In this document: piece by piece, positions 58,646 to 64,000 of the stretch | Numbering within the stretch: position 1 is the stretch's first letter | Layout of the letters: the number at the start of each line of letters is the position of its first letter | IMG/VR virus record: IMGVR_UViG_3300025608_000013 | Coordinates: 1-64,000 of that record | Source of the DNA: a virus | Taxonomy: Duplodnaviria > Caudoviricetes | DNA length: 64,000 nucleotides | Strand: one strand, 5' to 3' | Program-made: the position numbers and the translations under genes | Notes under the pieces: generated by a model | The model's input: the letters and a program-made list of their open reading frames with translations, nothing else | The model's database searches: none | Told to the model about the DNA's origin: nothing

Positions 58646-59275
58646 TCAAAACGGAGTATTTTGAGGCGAGGCACGAGAAATTTCAAATTTTTCTTTAAAA
58701 TCTGACTTTTTCATATGTTCTAGGTTAGACAAATCCTTCAAATGTTTTGGAACAAAATCGTCATTGTCTTCTATTACTCTTATATATCTTTTGTTAGGAT
58801 TATTTTTAATAGTAGTTAATGTTTGTCTTTCCCAGTTACCAAAATATGTTGCAGGATCGTAACTCTTTTTATAATTTTGTGTATCTTTAAAAATATTGTT
58901 TACTTTAGAGTATTGCCCTTTGTCGTCCATTCTGCCGCGGAAATCCATGCCTAACATATAGATAGTTTCATATCCGTGACTGCTAGCCATCCATAGTGCT
59001 GTGGGTCCTGAACTCCATCCTTTGCTAGGATTAAAGAAGTTTAAATTAACCATACCGTTGTATGCTTTATTAGGATTAGTCCATACTTGATTGTCATATT
59101 GCCATTTATGTTGATTGATTTCTAATATCATTTTAACATCAACAGCAATTAAAAAGTCAGGACGATAGTGCCTGTAAACTGCATTACAAGCAAATACTTT
59201 ACCATAGTTTTTTAGATAATCTAAATTAATACCTTTGCGACTTTCACCATTGCCGCACACAAAGGCTTGGGACAT
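58646..59275 (-). CDS. Hypothetical protein, glycosyltransferase-like (Maf/sialyltransferase-type motif)
   Basis: GNGESR, CNAVYR..PD.L.AVD, SSGPTAL..A...IYMLGMDF. Confidence 0.45.
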   Translation of the reverse strand: MSQAFVCGNGESRKGINLDYLKNYGKVFACNAVYRHYRPDFLIAVDVKMILEINQHKWQYDNQVWTNPNKAYNGMVNLNFFNPSKGWSSGPTALWMASSHGYETIYMLGMDFRGRMDDKGQYSKVNNIFKDTQNYKKSYDPATYFGNWERQTLTTIKNNPNKRYIRVIEDNDDFVPKHLKDLSNLEHMKKSDFKEKFEISRASPQNTPF

Positions 59276-59278
59276 GTA

Positions 59279-59524
59279 TTAAACTCCTGCTTCAGTGTTC
59301 GCAGCTATTCCGTACATCTGTCTAATAAAGAATAGTTCTTTGTCTTTTTCTTCATTGTGTAATTCAGATGCTTTACGTGCTTTGTTAATCTGACGCAGAG
59401 TTAGGCGTGTTTTACGAGTATCACTTCTGTTCATAACAGAATCGTCCATTGAAGGGTCATAACCTTTGTCTTCAACAGGTTCAATAGTTTCTCGATCAAA
59501 ATAAAAGAATTCTCGTAAATGCAT
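59279..59524 (-). CDS. Small conserved-looking head-module protein
   Basis: DTRKTRLTLRQINKAR; TATAAATA 5 nt upstream of ATG. Confidence 0.65.
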   Translation of the reverse strand: MHLREFFYFDRETIEPVEDKGYDPSMDDSVMNRSDTRKTRLTLRQINKARKASELHNEEKDKELFFIRQMYGIAANTEAGV

Positions 59525-59532
59525 AATACTAT

Positions 59533-61290
59533 TTATATCGTTTGCTGTGCTTCTGCGCCTGCCGGAGCAGCACCTAAGTCTGTATCTGTAGCAGATTCTG
59601 GTGGTGTTCCATCTCCTGCCATTTCCCCGCCAGCGTCGACATCTGTTTCAGTTTCTGCTCCGCCCATGTCAGCTTCAATACCTGCACCACTAATTCCAGC
59701 ACCGCGCATTTCTGCACTTGCGTCAGTTGGCGGTTGTTGCAGATTCTCGTCATTTTCTTCACGCCATAAGCGTTCGTTTTCTGCAATCTCTTCTTCGCTT
59801 AGGCCTAAGAAACGTTTTAGCGCAAAGCGATTTGAAATATAAGGAATTGCACTAATCTGACCAAACGTACCAATACGCTGATTATCAAGTTCTGATTGAC
59901 GGTAGCTTGCAAAGTTTTGTGGCGGTTGTAGTCTTACATCAAACATTGCAACATCAATGTTTACACCTTTTTCTAGTAAGTAGCGTTTAAACTCTTGATT
60001 AAACACTTCTACAATTAAACCTTGCAAGCGTTCGCAATAGTTGTTAAAGCGCAGTTCTTGAATATACGCTGTACCAACACGACCGTCATTAAATGCACCT
60101 TGACCTTCGTCTTGTGCTGCACTTGGCAAATACGAACTTGGAATACGTAAACCTCTAATAAGTTTATTAGTAAAGTATTTTAAGTCGTCAATTTCGCCTA
60201 GGTTAGTACCACCCGGTAGTGTTTCTACTTTAGACCCACGACCTTCAGCAGTTTGAGGGAAGAAGTAGTCTTCGTTTGTTGAAAGTGGATTATAGGAACT
60301 GTCAATAACTGATGTTCCTCCTCCTGTTTTCGACGGAATACGTCTTTGATGGATCTCTGTTTTTACACGTTCTACGAACTGCATCGCCAAATGACTAGGC
60401 ATGTTGCCTACATCAACATAAAACACCCTACGCTCAGGCGCTCTCTGCGTACGGTAAATGATAATCGCATCTTCCAACAATTCTTTTTGTTTGTAAACTT
60501 TAAAGATTGATTCTAGCAGACTGTTGCCAAATGGTGCATTATTGTCTAGTCCTTCAGAAAGACTTAGATGTACCATATGTTCTGCATCAATTGCAATCTC
60601 AGTTTCTTTATCTAGTCCAAAGCGTCCACCTGCTGCACTACCTTGGCTAGTATTACCCACCATGCCACGAACACCGCCTTGTAGGTATCCGTCTCCGCCT
60701 CCAGTTATGTTGCCGTTAGTTTGGAACGGAGTAGTTGCTACTTTGTCCATGAAGTTGATATTCATGTCTTTGACAATGTATTGCTCAGGTTTTTTACCTT
60801 CGCTTTCGTTTACAATAATGCGTGTAACCTTAGCAGGATCAACGTGATACCAAGTTTTAGTTTCAGGATCACGAATAAAGAAAGCATCACCGTATTTGAA
60901 TACGTTACGAACAGTTTTAAACATGCGTGTTTCAAAGTCATTTAGCTTTGACCACTGTTGTAGCATGTTTTCTAAGACTTTAATTTCTGTATTAGTAGCA
61001 TCTTTTTTAAAGTCTAATAAAAAGTTAGTTCTATTTTGCTTGTTAAATTGTGTACAAAATTCTGATAAAATATCTAGTGCAGCATTAACCTCTGAATCTA
61101 AATCCATAGTATTGTATTGACCGTAACGCTCAATACGGTTAGGTGCACCTACATAAACATCAGGCAAAAACGATGAATAGTTAGACCGGGCAGGGCCGGC
61201 TTGTCCTCCGTTTCGTCCGCTAATTGGACTTACGCTTCCGTCTGTGCCATTACCTGTCGGTACTGGTGTAAAATATTTTTTCCACGACAT
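59533..61290 (-). CDS. Portal protein, T4 gp20-like
   Basis: LLEDAIIIYR..RAPERRVFYVDVGNMP, EDYFFP..GRGSKVETLPGG.NLGEIDD..YF. Confidence 0.95.
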   Translation of the reverse strand: MSWKKYFTPVPTGNGTDGSVSPISGRNGGQAGPARSNYSSFLPDVYVGAPNRIERYGQYNTMDLDSEVNAALDILSEFCTQFNKQNRTNFLLDFKKDATNTEIKVLENMLQQWSKLNDFETRMFKTVRNVFKYGDAFFIRDPETKTWYHVDPAKVTRIIVNESEGKKPEQYIVKDMNINFMDKVATTPFQTNGNITGGGDGYLQGGVRGMVGNTSQGSAAGGRFGLDKETEIAIDAEHMVHLSLSEGLDNNAPFGNSLLESIFKVYKQKELLEDAIIIYRTQRAPERRVFYVDVGNMPSHLAMQFVERVKTEIHQRRIPSKTGGGTSVIDSSYNPLSTNEDYFFPQTAEGRGSKVETLPGGTNLGEIDDLKYFTNKLIRGLRIPSSYLPSAAQDEGQGAFNDGRVGTAYIQELRFNNYCERLQGLIVEVFNQEFKRYLLEKGVNIDVAMFDVRLQPPQNFASYRQSELDNQRIGTFGQISAIPYISNRFALKRFLGLSEEEIAENERLWREENDENLQQPPTDASAEMRGAGISGAGIEADMGGAETETDVDAGGEMAGDGTPPESATDTDLGAAPAGAEAQQTI

Positions 61291-61295
61291 TATCT

Positions 61296-63515
61296 TTAAC
61301 CTATCATATTGCCTGATTCAGCAATTGCATTTACTGTTTGTTTTGTCAGTTTGTTATTTTCTTGCATCATAGTAACCATTGATCTCATTGTAGTATTTAA
61401 CCTATTAATACTTTCTGAGACTTGTTGTTGAGAGCTTGCAACAGCAGTAGTTGCTGAACTTGTATCACTGCTAGTAGTCGAATTATTATATTCAGCTGCT
61501 TCTTGAGGATTTAGAACTCGTTCTCCTGCGTGTATTCGTGCAATAGTGTTTCTAGGTTCTGTTAGTCGACCAGTAGCACCGTAAGTACCAACAAGTCTTG
61601 TTGGAATTTGTGCTTGAAGATTAGCAAGTTCGTCTCTCATACGCTGAAGTTCTTCTGCCGAAGTTGATGCGTCATAACCATAACTACTAGCATAGCCGCG
61701 ATCTAATTCAGCTTCTCTAATTCGATTTTGCAGAGCTTCAATTTGAGAATTTAGCTGTCTTTCATTATCTGATAATAATAGATCGTCATCGACCATCATA
61801 TCTCCAATAAAGCCAGAATTATTTATACCTCTTAGTAAACTTCTAAATGAATCACTTAACACTTGTCTTAATTCAGGATTGTTAAGTAGTGATGTAAATC
61901 CTTCTTTGAGGCTGTTTGTGATACTTTCAAGCATAGGTTCAAGCACTCCGCCAACTCGACGCTCGTACATATTTCCAGGACCGCCTTCTTCAACATATCC
62001 GAACAGATAGTCCATTATGTTTTTGTATAAATCTGAAATTGCTTGTCCAGGATCTGCATTAAAAGAATCCATAAATGTGTTTAAGGTAGTACTAAATGCA
62101 TTAATGTCTTCCTCTGTAACACTTTCTAAAAATGATTGTACTCTTGCACCAACACCACCTTCTTCAAAGAACTTTAATAATATATCACTCCTGATTCTTT
62201 CGACCTCAGTAGACATGTTTGTTAAACCAGTTGTTATTAGTTCTCGTTTCGCTGCTTCTTCGGCAGCAGCTTCCGGATCAAAAGCTCTAGCCATATACTC
62301 TTCAAACTGATACATTGCTCCAAATAGTGCTGCGAAGCCCGCATCTTGATCACCTATTGCTGTAACAGCAGCAGCGCCCATACTATCTCTAAATTCTGTT
62401 AGCTGCGGAGCAACTCTTCTTAAACCTTCGTCTAGTTCTTCTAAAGACAAGTTTTCAGCATTTTCAGCTAATCTTGCAAACTCAGGAACCATGGAATATA
62501 ATCTTTCGCCTAGTTCAGTTTGTGGAATCCCGTCAGTTAAATCTTTAAATGCATTGCTGAACCCTGGAAGCAAAGTTGAAACAGCATTTAAATTGCCTTG
62601 AAATCTAATTCGTTCTTCGTCAGACATATTAGCCATTCTTGCAGCAACATTTGCTTCTGCCGCTTGTTGTGCCATTAGGTCTGCTTGTTGTCTACGACTT
62701 GTACCTGTAAGTTTTGCTAATTGATCAAGCTCTTTTAAATAACTAGCTGTGCCGTCTATTAATTGCTGTTCGTCTCTAATTCTTTGTCCAGTAACTCGAG
62801 CTTCTAATTGAGCAAAATCTAACAAGCCTTCATTTAGTTCTTCAACAGTAAAGCCCATCGCGGCTAAGTTACGACCAACACCGCTTGTTCTAAACTCTTT
62901 ACTAAATCTTCCTAGTTGTTGAGCACCTTGTGTAACTGTTCCGCCAAAGAAAGTTAAACGATCACTGTTCTGAGATATTAGTTCAGTATATCTAGTAAAG
63001 TTTAAACCTGCTTCTAAAGCAGATGTTCTCATTTCAATTATACTATTATTAAATGATGCACCTTGACTGCTCAGTCCTTGGAAGGTGTCAGTTAACTCTT
63101 CAAAATAACCTACAACACCTGTAAGAACTCCTCCAACTAACGGAACATGTCGAGTAAAATCAGATAGTTTGTCTCCGCCAACTAATAGTTCTTTTCCAAG
63201 TCCAAACATACTACCAGCAACACTAGTAATACCAGACATAAGTGCGCCGCCTAAGGCGCCAGCAATACTACCAAGTGCGCTTGTATTAGATTCTACAGCT
63301 TCGGTATTTTCGTCAACAGCTTCGGTATTTTTTCTTTGCTTATCTGTTGCAAGAGTAAGTGATTTTTTATATGCATCAAATGCTTTAGAATTTTGATCAT
63401 TAGAAGCACCCATCTGTCGTGCCATAGCAGTCATTGCTTCTTGCAATCTCTTAAGAGTTGCTTCACTTGCAACTCCTTTACCGCCGACGTTCTTGATTTC
63501 GATTTCTTCAGCCAC
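61296..63515 (-). CDS. Tape-measure / baseplate hub-like protein
   Basis: Helical, A/Q/E-rich with a Gly-rich hydrophobic segment; C-terminal GT.GATG...IHAGERV motif; GTG start. Confidence 0.55.
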   Translation of the reverse strand: MAEEIEIKNVGGKGVASEATLKRLQEAMTAMARQMGASNDQNSKAFDAYKKSLTLATDKQRKNTEAVDENTEAVESNTSALGSIAGALGGALMSGITSVAGSMFGLGKELLVGGDKLSDFTRHVPLVGGVLTGVVGYFEELTDTFQGLSSQGASFNNSIIEMRTSALEAGLNFTRYTELISQNSDRLTFFGGTVTQGAQQLGRFSKEFRTSGVGRNLAAMGFTVEELNEGLLDFAQLEARVTGQRIRDEQQLIDGTASYLKELDQLAKLTGTSRRQQADLMAQQAAEANVAARMANMSDEERIRFQGNLNAVSTLLPGFSNAFKDLTDGIPQTELGERLYSMVPEFARLAENAENLSLEELDEGLRRVAPQLTEFRDSMGAAAVTAIGDQDAGFAALFGAMYQFEEYMARAFDPEAAAEEAAKRELITTGLTNMSTEVERIRSDILLKFFEEGGVGARVQSFLESVTEEDINAFSTTLNTFMDSFNADPGQAISDLYKNIMDYLFGYVEEGGPGNMYERRVGGVLEPMLESITNSLKEGFTSLLNNPELRQVLSDSFRSLLRGINNSGFIGDMMVDDDLLLSDNERQLNSQIEALQNRIREAELDRGYASSYGYDASTSAEELQRMRDELANLQAQIPTRLVGTYGATGRLTEPRNTIARIHAGERVLNPQEAAEYNNSTTSSDTSSATTAVASSQQQVSESINRLNTTMRSMVTMMQENNKLTKQTVNAIAESGNMIG

Positions 63516-63531
63516 TATTCTAAATTCCTAG

Positions 63532-63582
63532 TTATATACGTATATAAATACAATTGATACATATTTACGTAATGTATTTATC
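63532..63582. promoter_or_regulatory. Face-to-face late promoters plus 16-bp palindrome
   Basis: + TATAAATA 63543-63550; - GATAAATA 63582-63575; TTATATACGTATATAA 63532-63547. Confidence 0.6.
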
Positions 63583-63594
63583 AGGAGCATAAAC

Positions 63595-64000
63595 ATGTCG
63601 GATAATAATCCACTTAAGAAATTTTTTAGACAGCCTAAAATCTATATCAAATTACCTTCAGGAGGTAAATTTTGGCCTGAAGGTTCAATCGAAATGCCTG
63701 AAAACGGTGAGTTACCAGTTTTTTCTATGACAGCCAAAGACGAGATTATGATTAAAACACCAGATGCGTTGTTAAATGGCCAGTCTACCGTTGATATTAT
63801 TCAAAGCTGTATGCCTAATATTAAAGACGCTTGGAAACTTCCTATTATTGATTTAGATACAATTTTAGTTGCAATGAGGATTGCAAGCTATGGCGAAAAA
63901 ATGGACTTTGCATCTAAAACTCCAGTTACCGGTACTGAACAATCATTTGCTCTTGATCTACGTCAGATTTTAGATGGATTTATTGGTCAAGAGTTTATAT
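63595..64000 (+). CDS. Baseplate hub assembly protein, gp26-like (3' partial, absent from the ORF track)
   Basis: SD AGGAG; MSDNNPLKKFFRQPKIYIKLPSGG...MTAKDEIMIKTPDALLNG...DLDTILVAMRIASYGE, open to the window end. Confidence 0.7.
   Translation, partial: MSDNNPLKKFFRQPKIYIKLPSGGKFWPEGSIEMPENGELPVFSMTAKDEIMIKTPDALLNGQSTVDIIQSCMPNIKDAWKLPIIDLDTILVAMRIASYGEKMDFASKTPVTGTEQSFALDLRQILDGFIGQEFI

Noticed and set aside
1-64000. Stop-codon reassignment, tRNAs, introns/inteins or mobile elements
   Set aside because: Genes tile the window intact under code 11; no cloverleaf, homing endonuclease, intein or transposase motifs seen

Overview
64 kb of a large AT-rich, T4-like tailed phage (myovirus-type structural gene set, standard genetic code). 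Host and environment cannot be determined from the sequence. Left to right: (1) neck gp14-like (partial) and tail-completion gp15-like genes; (2) a + strand operon of NUDIX, HldE, HldD, a 2OG-Fe(II) oxygenase and a cupin; (3) a - strand block of a giant virion protein, a gp9/10-like connector ending in a cupredoxin motif, GmhB, an SGNH-like protein and a flavin halogenase; (4) a 3-gene + strand insert; (5) a translationally coupled 9-gene tailoring operon (GT9-like glycosyltransferase, 2OG oxygenases, NodU carbamoyltransferase, PLP enzyme, amidinotransferase, radical SAM, GT10-like); (6) a tail-fibre chaperone, three ~10% Cys Gly-rich paralogues and ~22 kb of paralogous long fibre genes with small adaptor-like genes; (7) a GT25 gene, the head module (gp23, gp22, gp21, acidic core protein, gp20), a tape-measure-like gene and a partial gp26-like gene. 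The best candidate for an undescribed system is a late-expressed virion glycosylation/tailoring pathway: ADP-heptose synthesis, four glycosyltransferase-like genes, and amino/guanidino/carbamoyl/halogen chemistry, all interleaved with structural genes. Supporting observations are an RBS-sequestering hairpin containing its own late promoter, leaderless late genes, two structured RNA leaders, and D-S-S/T loop insertions in the fibres. All family calls come from motif recognition by eye, not database searches.
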